A stretch of 64,000 nucleotides of DNA, taken from the NCBI GenBank assembly GCA_965153355.1, contig OZ231126.1:25606001-25670000 (forward strand). The letters run 5' to 3'. Shown here in pieces: positions 1 through 12,563 of this stretch (within the stretch, counting starts at the first letter, position 1; every line of letters starts with the position of its first letter). Origin of the DNA: Flaccisagitta enflata. Taxonomy: Eukaryota. The notes below the pieces were generated by a model. It saw only the letters and a program-made list of their open reading frames with translations. It was not told where the DNA came from and searched no databases. The position numbers and the translations under genes are program-made.

Positions 1-3000
1 CAGAGAGGGAATTCATTATCAGAGCGCCTGCGCCGCCGCCTCCCCACGTTTTAGGCTCATAAATATCCCCCCCCCCCTTTATCATCTCTGTGATATGATT
101 TTCATTGTCGATCCTCCTTATTCAAAAAGTTTGATATTGACAGCTTGTTTTCTTTATTTTGCATTTTCAGTGTCCTTCAATCATTTAAATGCCTAATCTC
201 TCTTTTTTAGCAGAAAACATCTTATTTGAAACCTTTGTTATACTCCAGCTGTCTTGGGCTAGGGAGGGTCGATGAGAAGATTTGATAAGTACTACAGGTT
301 TACATTATTGTTGCAGCATAAGGAGGGGGGAGGGATGAAGATGCGCATTTTGACCTAATATTGCTTCAACAATGTGAAAAACCTCCTCTCAGTACGGTAT
401 TTACTGTCTATAACTAATAATGATTTCGGAAAATCATGTTTGTTGATACTGCCAAGCTACAACAAGAGTAACAGAAATCTACATGCAACACATACAATTT
501 GTTAGTCTTTCTAAAGACGATTCTCTTCATTTCCAATATTGGCATTAACAGAAATCCATCACTAACAGAAAAAAAATTACTAGTCTCTTTAGACCAACGG
601 GATTTAACTGCAAAAAAAAAAACTGTTTTGATACAGTCTTACCCAGCTCTAATGGACCTGTTGTTAACAGAATTCCACCTAAAACGGATGCCAAGTTTTT
701 TCCCTTTTTTAGTCGCATGTTGCGCGACTCTACACCCCGCTATGTCGGTCCGTCGGTCCATTGGTCGGAAGGTTGGTCCCCTTCTTACTTTTTTTGAGTT
801 TTTGAGCGTTTTGAGCATATGGCTCCTGCCCAGATGCCTTGGTGACCTTCTCCAGCACTGCTCCTGCCCATCCACACGCAACTAGGGTAGCCGTGTATCC
901 GGCCTTGTTATCATAATTGGCACCAACAGAGTTCCACCTATAATAGGCATAACTATTGATCCCTTAAAATCTGTGAGGACGGGATGCAACTATATGAAGA
1001 CTCAGCTTGTGCTATTATGAGTTAATATTAGCTAATCTTTCTGTTATCAGTGAAATCTGATGTTATGTAGTCTCTTACAATATTCTGCAAAAATTAGGAC
1101 ACCAATAACTTTAACAATGTCTAAAACTGCAATGCAGTCTGCTTTATGGCTACATATCTATGATCTCCCTCTTTCATAATAGAGAATGGAAACTGCATGG
1201 CGTGCAAATGTAATCTTTTGTTCGCAACCTAGAATATGAATTGTACTTGGATGTCCTCTATCAAACTATTAAAAAACAAAAGATCCTGGCATCTGTACTG
1301 TATTTACTACCATGATCAATTTTGATACGTTTGAGTACAGAACATAATGACACACTTGACGCGATTGTCCACAGACTTCCCTGGCAAAGACGTCATTGCT
1401 AACGAACAGACGCACAGCTGGTGTAAATTCATTCTCTAAAATATTTCTATCGAGATACACTTTTTATCTAGGAAAAAAGAAAGAAAGCTTTAACCGCATA
1501 TTTTTGTCAAAATTGATGCCAGATGGTAGATGATGGAAAAAATAAAATCATATTATAGTTAATTGCTTCAAGTCAATGCCATGAAACTTTTTAAAACAAT
1601 CTTGTTTAGCAGGGGGCTGTTTCATGGTGCCTTTACTTGTCCCTGGCCTCTCGCAGAAAACGAGCTGTCAAAAATTTGTGATTAAACCTGGTGAGTTGGG
1701 TCGAGCAGAGAATGTCTCTTAAACCATCAGATATATAAAGAAATAGCTACTTTACATCATTTGATTCACTTTTGCGTCCATCTTCAACCACAAAGTCCAC
1801 GGACAATTTTGGAAAATATTTTTTATCATTCTATTTCAAAAAAATGACCAGGAAACAGTGTTTGTTTCCCCAGTCTCTCTGGTAACAGGGTGTGCAAAAA
1901 ATTTCGTACTTGCTATCAAATCTAAAGAAAAGACCCCTATCACTGAAGAAATTTTCTCAGATTGATATCTAAATTTGAAAGTTAGGTTAGGCCTCATACT
2001 TTAGATAGAGAAAAAGGAGGTAGGGTAGACAGCAGAATGTGTTTTTAGTCGCCGACTAGCGACTCTACAAGAGGCTTTGTCCATCCGTCCGTCGGTCGGT
2101 TGGTCGGTTGGTCCGTGGTGATCGAGTCAAAAAGTGGGAAAACACACATTTCTGCCCCTGCCCACCCGTCCGCGACTGGTATTGGCCGTGTATCCGGCCT
2201 TGTTAGAATGACAGGGACAGAAGTAGAAGGTTAGAATAGATTTTTTTTGATGAACATTTATCTCTTGTCTAAATTTGACTGTTGTATCATTTTTTGAGGA
2301 CTCAAACCCTTTCATGTAGTTGACCTAACCAAATCTCCTTGATGGGTTTCTCCTCAATTAGTCCATCCAGGGGCTGATAAAGTTACAAACCCTTCTTCTG
2401 TGAATAAACAGAGCTCTGCCAATAAACTCATGTTAAAATCCTTTTTTCAGTTTTTTCTTTAATACATGTCATGGTCATCTATGGAAATTTTAACATCTGT
2501 TCTTGATTTCAACCTTTAGCATAACCAACTAAGATACTCCGGTTCAAGTTTTATTAGCCTTTAAGACTAGATCAATTTCAAATACATGAGAACTACCATT
2601 GGTGTGTAAAAGCCTAACTGAATCCGACAAGTCAGTTGGATGACCCGATTTACTATTTGCCAATTTGATTTGAATGCGGTGAACTTGTCCATTTTGACAT
2701 TAAAAAATTTGCGACATACTAGCCCAAAACTTTTGCAAAACTCGAAAGTCATCCTAAAGCATATGATCATTTGACTGCAGCAACCACAGTTACGCCCCGC
2801 TATAACGGATCCAAGAGTAACGAAAATGCACCTAAAACAGATATGAAATGTTGGTCCCTCCATACTATTAGCAGCAGAAATCTGCTCTGAGAAATTTGCA
2901 CTGGATTCAAACTCTGAAGGAGTGTTTCTCCAAAACGAATAGAGCAATTAACCCTGAATTGGTTTTATTTTAAAGAGTTGTCAAGACTCTTTCAAGCGCG

Positions 3001-4756
3001 TCCAATCTGGAATATGTTGCTGTATCCATTGATGAGCAGTGTACCTTCAAAGTTTAAAGCCAGTGCAGATTTCTCTGCTCACCCTGTTTTTTCCTTTTAT
3101 TTCTTATGTTAGAAATAACAGAAATCAGCCTATAACAAATTAGATTTGTTGGTCCCTTGATGACAATTATTGAAGGGTTCAACTGTAATTTTGTTTCAAG
3201 CTGTTTTATCAAACTCAAACTGATTATAATAGAAAGGGGATTGAAGATGAACTTTCATGCTAGCTGTCCTCCTCAAGGCTCCCCCGACTAGTGGTCATGA
3301 AAGAAAAAACAAGCAATGAAACAGATGTATTCATAGTACATTATGCAGTAGAAGGAAAGAATTTTTTTTCTTCACTTACGAATACCACCATATGATATTC
3401 TTACAAGCACGCCAGTAACAATGGAGAAAGAAAACAGGGAGCACCACTAGAGCACACCTCCTAATAAAATGCACCCGCCTATAAGGCACACAACCTACTG
3501 CCCCATCAGATATTTTTCTAGTTATTTTTGAAATAGCAATAAGGCAGCTACACTATCAGATATAATGTTGCAACATGTTACTCAGTTCATTGAAATGCGC
3601 TCTGATGAAGCTCAACTGTAGTTGCAAAAGGTTTGGATGGTCATCAGTATGCGATACCCCAGAGTAAGTTTATAGGGGATAGGATGGTGAGAGGGGCGGT
3701 ACCCCTGAAAGGGCCAATAACCTATGCATAGGCCCAACCATGGGGCCATAATAAAGATATTACTATGCCATTTCCGCACATAGCATAAAGTAAAACAACG
3801 AGTTGGTGCACCACGACTTGAACTATGAATTAGCATCAGATTGAACACACAAGCTATGCATGTTTGTATGAGATTGCATGCAGACGTGCGTAAAGAAAGG
3901 CATGTTCTCTCGAAACGTGATGAGAAGACTGCAGATGAATTTCTTTCTGCATCTTCCTTACTTTCACACTTTCCTTCATTTTCTTTCTCTCCTTTTCCTG
4001 AGTCTTCTCTAGAACAGATTACGCCTGAGACTGGATACGCCCACAACCTGAAAGATTGAGTCTTAGACTGGTTACGCCCACCACCTGAAAGATTCACAAA
4101 TTCATTTTCGGACCAGCACAAGGTGTATATGATTGTAGTCATGTGCAAGTGACTATGAATTACTAGTTGGTTGGTTAAGTCCATCTGAGAGTCGCTTGAT
4201 CTCTCTCCCTGTAACACTTTATGCCATGTATAGTTCAGCGTTGCGGCAAATTAGGCAAACTAGCTCTAGAAGGCATTGAATTTGGGTCCCACCATCTACT
4301 TATTTGTTTATCAATTGTTTTTGGTGTTCATTCATTTATTTACCTATCTACTAATTTATTCATGTTTCAAATAATTCATTTCTTTATCTATTCAATAATA
4401 TCTTCAATTCTTCATTTATATAGTACTAAGCTATTTCTTTATCTGTTTATTTATTCATTCAATCATTTTTTTTACTTTTTATTTGTTATTTTTTCGTCTT
4501 TCAGAACTCGGAAAACATCACCACTTAAAGTTAAAAGTACTGATGGATGTGAGTCATTCCAGTTTCCATAAATTACATTTACCCTGTAGGTGGAACAAAA
4601 GCTTGAAGGTTTCTTCAATGGCTTGTGTGAGCATGAGCACAACTTAAAATTAAGGAATGACTTAATAAATTGTATAGTTTCTGTAAATAGTTTGTAGGGT
4701 TTTTTGTATCATAAAAGCCAACAATGTCATTCTGCTTCTTAACTTCTAAGTTAATA

Positions 4757-4932
4757 CAGTGGGACCCCGCCTCATCGGTCCCATTGGGACTGAAGATTCT
4801 TCACCTTTATTTCAAGGTAACCATTAAAGAGAGGTGAAATAACATTAAAAACTATCATTTTGGACCTCAAAATGTTGACCTTTATTGATGGAGAACCTTT
4901 AAAAGCGAGGCTGTTATTGCGGGGTTCCACTG
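4757..4932. mobile_element. MITE, pogo/Tigger-like ends
   Basis: TA-CAGTGGGACCCCGC ... GCGGGGTTCCACTG-TA. Confidence 0.8.
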
Positions 4933-5573
4933 TAGTCGCAAAAGCGTTAGATGGTCAGCGGTACCCATTGCCCCTATGTGAGTGTATGTGGGTGTGAGGT
5001 GGTTAGAGGGGCAGCGGCCCCGAAGGGGCCGATGGCCTATGCTGTTTTTATTTGAGCCTCAAGGCTGGAATTATGGCCTCAAGGCTGGAATTGGGGCCTT
5101 GAGGCTTGGAGTTGAGCCTTGAGGCTTGGATTTGAGCCTTGAAGCTGGAATTATAGCCTCGAGTGTGGAATTATGGCTTCGAGTCTGGAATTGGGGCTTT
5201 GAGGTTTGGATTTGAGCCTCAAGGCTAGGATTTGAGCCTCGAGGCTGGGATTTGAGCCACGAGGCTGAGATTTGGGCCTCAAGGTTAGAATTTGGATCTC
5301 TGGGGTGGAATATGAGCCTTACAGCTAGAATTTGGGCCACAGGGCCAGTTTTTGGGCCTCTGGGCTAGAATTTGGGCCTCAAGGCTAAAATTTGGGCCTC
5401 AAGGTTAGAATTTGGATCTTTGGGGTGGAATATGGGCCTCAAAGCCAGAATTTGGGCCAAGAAGAAGGAGGAGAAGGAGGAGGAGAAGGAGGAGGAGGAG
5501 AAGGAGGAGGAGGAGAATTTTCTGCATATGTGAAAGCATAGGTCATCGGCCCCTTCGGGGCCGCTGCCTAAAA
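4933..5573 (-). mobile_element. HINE-like repeat family B with an internal ~20-bp GGCTGGGATTTGAGCCTCGA array (also ~7862-8340 and ~18070-18600)
   Basis: Shared ends GGGCAGCGGCCCC-GAA-GGGGCC hairpin and TAGTCGCAAAAGCGTTAGATGGTCAGCGGTACCC. Confidence 0.65.
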
Positions 5574-5811
5574 GGAAAGAAATGTTTGAAAAAAATTTGA
5601 AGTGCAATTTGGGGGTTTTATGAAGGAATTCTGAAGCGAAGTGGTGGGGGAACCACTCTAGTCCGAATCCAATTCTCAAAATGAGGCCAGTGAAGTCTCT
5701 ATCCACTCAAGTCAGAATCGGACATGAGTGGTTTGGTAACTCAACTACCCATTCGGTCTAGAGTGGTTATCCCAGTTACTTCAGATCGGACTGGAGTGGG
5801 GTATCTTCTTA

Positions 5812-5874
<63 letters not shown>

Positions 5875-6227
5875 CTCCTGACTCGCTGATCTTTTCCTCA
5901 TCAAAGACTTGATAGCAATAAACGCGAGTGAGTTAATGTCCACCGTTGTGGTCGTACGTCTAAGTAACTTACTGCATACGACATCGCATACACAAGATTT
6001 GACCGTTGATTGGTGAGGCCAATTTTTACTCGCTCACTCATTGGACAACGATCGAGGGGCAAAGAGAGAAAGAAAAAGGGACGGAAGCAATGGCTTCTTG
6101 AATGTCCCACCTGATCATCTCATTGTACCTGTTTTTCCCTCAAAAATGACTTTACCTACGGTGATGAGTCAGACATTTGATTCATTCACATTTATGCCTT
6201 TGAGAAAACACGAACTTACAAACCATC

Positions 6228-7009
6228 ATGGATCATCCCCAATTAGTCAAATCCCATCGTGGAAAACTTCTTCTCGTCGATCAAGATTACACGCTCACTC
6301 TCAACAAACGACAAAATGGAAAATACTATTTTCGGTGTTGTCACAAAAAGCCTGTTCAATGCCACGCAACTGCAGTTGTCAAAGGCGAGCTGGAACCAGG
6401 AAATTTCGAGGTTCTTTCTCATCGTGTGGAGCGGCATCATCATGAAAAGTTTCCCATTGACATTCTCATCAAAAACTTCAACGATCAGTTCAAAAAAGCT
6501 TGCGTCGAAAATCTTGACGTGTCCGTTCTAAAGGTCTACGAGGATGAGAGAATTCGCTTCACAGCATCATTGTCGCCTGCACAGAAAACTGCTTTTTTGC
6601 AGAAAATTCCCGCGATCAAATCTTCCCTCATGATGGGTTACAGAGCCCGCGCTGCTGAATATCCATCACTTCCCAAAACAATTGAAGACATTGTGATACC
6701 AGAGCGCTTCACAACAACATTAGACGGCGAAAGACTTTATCGTGGTGCGACACCCGATGGTGTGCACCTCTGGATGTCCACGACTGAATGCCACCATGCT
6801 GGCCGGGGGAAAAAAATGTATGGCGACTGCACCTTTTTCTCCGTTCCCGAACTTTTCGCCCAGATGCTAGTATGCAGGACGATCATCAACGACACACCCG
6901 TCACTATCTCCCACTCCCTTTTGCCCAACAAAAAAAAGAAAACTTACAAAAGTGCTTTGACGCAGATCGTCGAAACCTGCGCCAGAGAAGGCGTCACGCT
7001 TATTTTCAC
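6228..7009 (+). pseudogene. MULE transposase exon 1 (FLYWCH domain and first catalytic Asp)
   Basis: FLYWCH-like LVKSHRGKLLLVDQDY...YFRC-x7-C...HHH; MULE motif YGDCTFFSVPELFAQM and LLPNKKKKTY. Donor AC|GTATAC (phase 2) joins in frame to exon 2. Confidence 0.9.
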
Positions 7010-7134
7010 GTATACGCTACAGAATAATCATTGGAATAATTTGATTCATAGTGACTTAAACATATTTATTCTTGTTAGTTGTGTGCACGCGACTCTACAA
7101 CCAGCTGTGTCCATCCATCCGTCCATCAGTCCAT

Positions 7135-7749
7135 CACAGTGGGCCTTAACTGGGTATGAGTTTAAAAAAATCCCCAATGGTATTGACTAGTATGAGTAGG
7201 TACAATTTTTAGTGGAGAATTGATGTAAACCCTTTAAAAAAAATTTCCCTTGAAAATTTTTGCAAAAATCATTAATAATTATCAATTATTGTATATATTT
7301 ACATATAGATCTCAGGGATATATCAGTTTTAAAATTCTGACTCAAGAATCATATACCTGATGAAATTTCCAATCATTTGATAGGTCATACTACATGCTCT
7401 CAGGAAAAAATAAGATTTTCATTTTTTATGCCACCGTTACAAAAAAAGCAATGGTGGCTTAAAACATGAAAATCTTATTTTTTCACGAAAGTATATAGTG
7501 TGTCCTTAATGATTTGAAATGTCATCAGGAATGTGAAACTTGAGTCAGAATTTAAAAACTGATATATCCTTGAGATCTATTAGTCAATATATACAAAAAT
7601 TGATAGTTTTTAACAATTTTTGCAAAAATGTTCGAGGGAATTTTCTTATAAGGGTTTTCATCAATTCCCCACTATAAATCATACCTACTCATACAAGTTA
7701 CTACCAGTGGGGATTTTTTTAAACTCATACCTAGTTAAGGCCCACTGTG
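7135..7749. mobile_element. Foldback MITE with CAC...GTG ends in transposase intron 1
   Basis: CACAGTGGGCCTTAACT ... AGTTAAGGCCCACTGTG, inverted arms over most of its length, CCAT on both flanks. Confidence 0.85.
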
Positions 7750-8430
7750 CCATCCTTCAAACTTTATTGTTTTGGAATTTATAAGTGGTTACACATTTTT
7801 TTGAAAAGAACATCAAGGCTTTGAATGGCCCCAAAATTAAGAACATCTTAAGAAATAACGAATAGTCGCAAAAGCGTTAGATGGTCAGCGGTACCCGTTG
7901 CCCTATGTGAGTATATGTGGGTGTGTGATGGTGAGAGGGGCAGCGGCCCCGAAGGGACCAATGACTTATGCTCAGTAAGTTTTTGAAGATCTATGGTTGA
8001 AAGTGAGCATCAATAATGGGTTTTAGCCTTGAGGTTGGGATTTGGGATTTGAGCCTCGAGGGTGGGATTTGAGCCTTGAGGTTAGGATGTGAGTCTGTGG
8101 CTGGGACTTGAGCCTCGAGGGTGGGATTTAAGCCTCGAAGCTGGGATTTTAGCCTTGAAGCTAGGATTTGAGCCTTGAGGCTGGGATTTGAGCTTCAAGT
8201 TTGGGATTTGAGCCTCAATGCTAGGATTTGATTCTCTAGGCTGGGATTTGAGCTTCTAGGCTAGGATTTGAGCCTCAGTTGGGATGTGAGCCTCGAGGTT
8301 GGGATGTGAGACTTGAGGTTGGGATTTGAGCCTCGAGGCGAGGGGTATAGTAGTAATGTTGGTGGGTAGGGACAGCGCCCTGTATCTGGCCTTATCTGTT
8401 GTACATTTTATTACAATGATTATGCTATAG

Positions 8431-8909
8431 CGAGGTGCACACCGATTGTGAAGTTGGACTGTACACGGCGTTCAAGGAGGTGTTCCCCGGTATCAAGGTT
8501 CGCCTCTGTTACTTTCATATAACAAAGGCGATCAAGGACAAGAAGTCAAAGGTCGGCCTTTTCCCACTGGTGAAAGGCAACGCCAGTCTCCGAAGATGGT
8601 TGGCTCAAGCCCAAACCATTTTTTGGTTTCCGCCCGCGCTCATTCCGAGAATATGGCAATTGATGTGGTCCTTCGTTGACGACGAAATGCGGAACAACAA
8701 TCTCGTGCTCCGGATTAAATCGTATCTTGAACAAATTTGGATTCATACCTCTTTCCCAATCATGCCTGGTTTGCCCAAGTACGATCCCATGAAAACCAAC
8801 ATGTGGGACGTCAGGGAACTCACAAACACCAACAACTTCTCCAAAACAAACATGTTTCGCTACAAACAACGTTTCGGTTGCAGTCCCAACATCTTCAAAT
8901 TTGCTTCAA
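8431..8909 (+). pseudogene. MULE transposase exon 2, copy 1 (catalytic Glu changed to Lys)
   Basis: Acceptor TATAG|C and donor A|GTAAGT. Encodes HTDCE...VFPGIKVRLCYFH (second Asp and CxxH) and TNNFSKT, where copy 2 has TNNFSET. Confidence 0.9.
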
Positions 8910-8957
8910 GTAAGTGAACATAATGGGTTTATTGAAAATTAAAAATTACTGTGTAAA

Positions 8958-9117
8958 TGATAACAATAACAACAACAATAACAACAATATCTACAACAAC
9001 AACAACAACAACAACAACAACAGCGATAACAACAACAACAACAACAACAACAACAGCAATAACAACAACAACAACAACTATAACAACAACAACACCAACA
9101 ACAACAACAACAACGAT

Positions 9118-9201
<84 letters not shown>

Positions 9202-9487
9202 AACGATAACAACAACAACAACGATAACAACAACGATAACAACAACAACAACGATAACAACAACGATAACAACAACGACAACAACAACGATAACAACAAC
9301 AACGATAACAACAACGACAACAACAACAACAACGATAACAACAACAACAACGATAACAACAACAACAACGATAACAACAACAACAACGATAACAACAACA
9401 ACAACGATAACAACAACAACAACGATAACAACAACAACAACGACAACAACAACAACAACAACAACAACGACAACAACGACAACAACG

Positions 9488-9523
<36 letters not shown>
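8958..9523 (+). repeat. (AAC/GAC/GAT)n compound microsatellite in transposase intron 2 (shorter allele at 40182-40566)
   Basis: Seen directly; starts about 50 bp after the exon 2 donor. Confidence 0.95.
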
Positions 9524-9524
<1 letters not shown>

Positions 9525-10120
9525 GCGCCATATAGTCACATAATCAAATAAAGACATAGTTACGGTAAGGAATTGACCCTTATCGAGACAAAAAATGTAT
9601 GTCAGTAATATTTTAGACCGACTGATGGGCCAAATGATAGACCAATAAAGGGTGGTCCAATAAAGTATTTTTTTACCTCATAACTTGAATAACACTTTTT
9701 TTAGTTTATATTGTTTTTCTAAACAAAAGAGGTTTTCTTATTTTTTCATTTGCTGAAAATTGTTTTTAATTTACAACAAATCAAATATTTGTAGTTCAAT
9801 CTAAACACCATTGAAAGTTCCAAAGGCTCTCATGCTTTGGTATCTTCCACATAGTTTTTTATCAAAATTTAATGATTTTTAGTCACGTGCACGCGACTCT
9901 ACAACCCGCTTTGTCCATTGGTTGGTCGGTCGGTTGGTCACACTTTACTTTTTTTATGATTTTATTACTTTGACCTCCTTGCTCCTGCCCAAATGGTCAG
10001 GTGACCTCAAATATGGCCCCTGCCCACCCGCACGCGACTTAGGTAGCCGTGTATCCGGCCTTGTTGATAGTTGTATCATCATAGAATATTCAAAACAAAA
10101 ATAAATTCTAGTTTGGTTAC

Positions 10121-10317
10121 TTTTTTTAGTCGCGTGCACGCGACTCTACAACCCGCTTTGTCCGTCGGTCGGTCGGTCGGTCGGTTGGTCACACTTTACT
10201 TTTTTTTATGATTTTATTTCTTTGACCTCACTGCTCCTGCCAACATGGTCTGGTGACCTCAAATATGGCCCCTGCCCACCCGCACGCGACTTCGGTAGCC
10301 GTGTATCCGGCCTTGTT
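10121..10317 (+). mobile_element. HINE/DINE-1-like repeat family A, representative copy (others at ~705, 2043, 9877, 25074, 40917, 55836, 59796, 59960 on +; ~11510-11690, 20745, 22476, 54332 on -)
   Basis: T-run, palindrome AGTCGCGTGCACGCGACT, (GTCG/GTCC)n, 3' CACGCGACT, hairpin GCCG-TGTATC-CGGC, then CTTGTT. Absent at the homologous T-run in copy 2 (~41158-41175). Confidence 0.75.
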
Positions 10318-10454
10318 TTTGCCACCCGTCACCAAGAAGAGATGTGTGCACATGACTTAAATGGAAGCACGGCTATCCCAATGATGTGTGGGTGGGCAGG
10401 GCCTGAATTGAAGGTCACTAGCGCATATTGGCAGAAGCAGTGAGATCCAAGAAT

Positions 10455-11050
10455 AAAACAAGGCCGGATACACGGGCCAAGACGGTGCGCCGGGCGTTAT
10501 TAATTCCTAGACCTATTTCTAGTTCTATCTGACCTATCCCTAGCTCTATTAGACCTATCCCGAGCTCTATCAGACCTATCCCGAGCTCTATCAGACCTAT
10601 TCCGAGCTCTATCAGACCTATCCCGAGCTCTATTAGACCTATCCCAAGCTCTATTAGACCTATCCCGAGCTCTATCAGACCTATCCCAGGCACTATAAGA
10701 CCTATCCCGAGCTCTATCAGACCAATTCCGAGCTCTATCAGATCTATCCCGAGCTCTATTTGACCTATCCGACCTATCAATAGCTCAATCAGACCTATCC
10801 CCTGCTCTATCAGACCTATACCCAGACTTATCCGACCTATCACCAGTTTTATCAGACATATCCCCACCTTGATCAGACCTAATTGTAGCTGATTATTTTA
10901 GTGAATGAAGTGACGAGTATCATCAATGATGAACGAAATGAGTTTTCAATTGATTTCAAATATTTTTAGAAATATTTCATTTGATCGTGACCGACAGATG
11001 GACGGACAAACAGACAGAGCCTCTTATAGAAGTGCTATGGCGCACCAAAA
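10455..11050 (-). repeat. Interspersed repeat with a 21-bp tandem core (AGACCTATCCCGAGCTCTATC); inverted relative at 16240-16857; both are also in copy 2
   Basis: 21-bp periodicity produces the (LGIGLIE)n pseudo-ORF; ends in CCGTGTATCCGGCCTTGT like family A. Confidence 0.8.
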
Positions 11051-11919
11051 AATCATCGACGCATATTTCTGAATCATTTCCAGTGATTTTTGCTTTTTAA
11101 TTGCGGACACGCAACTCTATAAGAGGCTTTGTCCGTCCGTCCGTCCGTCCGTCCGTCCGTCCGTCGGGTGGTCCGTCACGCTCGAGTTGAAAACGCGAGA
11201 AACGCGCATTTTACGATGCTGCAGCTGTCATAGAATGTGTGTGGGTGTATGTTAGTGTGTGGGAAGGGGGTTTGGGCGAGGCTGGGGGTTGGCTGCCCCT
11301 GCCCACCCGTCCGCAACGATATTGTGACCCCCGCGTCACTTGTTTTTCGAGAATTTCAACTCGAGCGTTACGTGACGTGACGGACAGAGCCTCTTATAGA
11401 GGTGCTGTGGCGCACCTAAAAAGACATAGCAAAATATGACTGACCAATGGACGTACAAACTGGAATGTAGATTTGCGTAGCACGCAACTGAAAATAGAAC
11501 AAGGCCAGATAGACTGCTACCCCAATCGCGTGCGGGTGGGAAGGGGTAGTATTTGAGTTACTGGATCATTTGGGCAGGAGTAGTGAAACCAAAGGTCGCA
11601 AAAACATAACGTAAAATGGGGACTGACCTACCGACCGACCAACGGACGGACATAGCGGGAGTAGAGTCGCGTAGCACGCAACTAAAAAAAACATTGTCTC
11701 CCAAAAACAACAAATCTGATTGCAACGGAACTCCGTCTAAAACAAATTAACGGATACACGGATACACGGATACACGGCTACCGAAGTCGGGTGCGGGTGG
11801 GCAGGGGCCATATTTGAGGTCACTTGACCATTTGGGCAGGAGCAGTGAGGTCCAAAAATTAAAATCATTAAAAAAGTAAAGTGTGACCAACCGACCAACC
11901 AATGGACAAAGCGGGGTAC

Positions 11920-12563
11920 TAGTCCAGTCTGTTGATGCATGAAATTGAGCAAACTCGGCTTTTCCGGAACAAAGCTTGAAAATTTGCATACAAGTATTTA
12001 AAGTTATGTAGATCATAATAATGATAGGTGCAGGTCAAAAAAATTTGAGCACCTGTCCTAAAAATTCATCTAAAATTTTCAAAACCATGCCACCGCCAAA
12101 CCGTCGGCCTCAGGGCAATAAAATTTCATAAGCAAAAAAAAATGTGTTTTATATATGTGCATAGCAAATTTCAGCTCTGTTGCTCTATTACAAGCAGAGA
12201 TATAGCTAATGTACTTTTGGGTGTATTGTTCTCAAAAATACCCGTTTCAAAAAAAAAATGCAGTTTTTATATACAAAAGTAAATTGGCTATATCTCTGCT
12301 TCTAATCAAGTTAGAGAGCTGAAATTTGTTGTGCATATGTACAAAATACATATTCTTTAGCTCATAAAATTTCATTGCCCTCCCTCAAGCGGTTTGGCGA
12401 TGGCATGATTTTAAAAATTTTAAACGATTTTTAAAGATTGGTGCTCAAATATTTTTGACCTGCACCTATCATTATCATGATCTATATGACTTTAAATACT
12501 TGTATGCAAATTTTCAAGCTTTGTTCCAGAAAAGCCAAGTCCTTTCTTCAACAACCTGGACTA
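11920..12563. mobile_element. Foldback MITE inserted in a HINE-like repeat (also present in copy 2, ~45959-46583)
   Basis: TAGTCCAG ... CTGGACTA with long inverted arms; TAC duplicated on the flanks. Confidence 0.8.

Noticed and set aside
7010-7190. C-terminal 60 aa of the 320-aa ORF as transposase sequence
   Set aside because: Read-through into intron 1 (HINE and MITE sequence); the MULE motifs resume at 8431.
8914-9557. Poly-N/T/V/L ORFs (also 26093-26975, 40138-40598, 56528-57192, 57958-58750)
   Set aside because: These are translations of trinucleotide microsatellites that are open in several frames; 8914 and 40138 lie just inside an intron.
10418-10867. (LGIGLIE)n ORF resembling a repeat protein
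   Set aside because: It is the 21-bp tandem core of an interspersed repeat present in both orientations.
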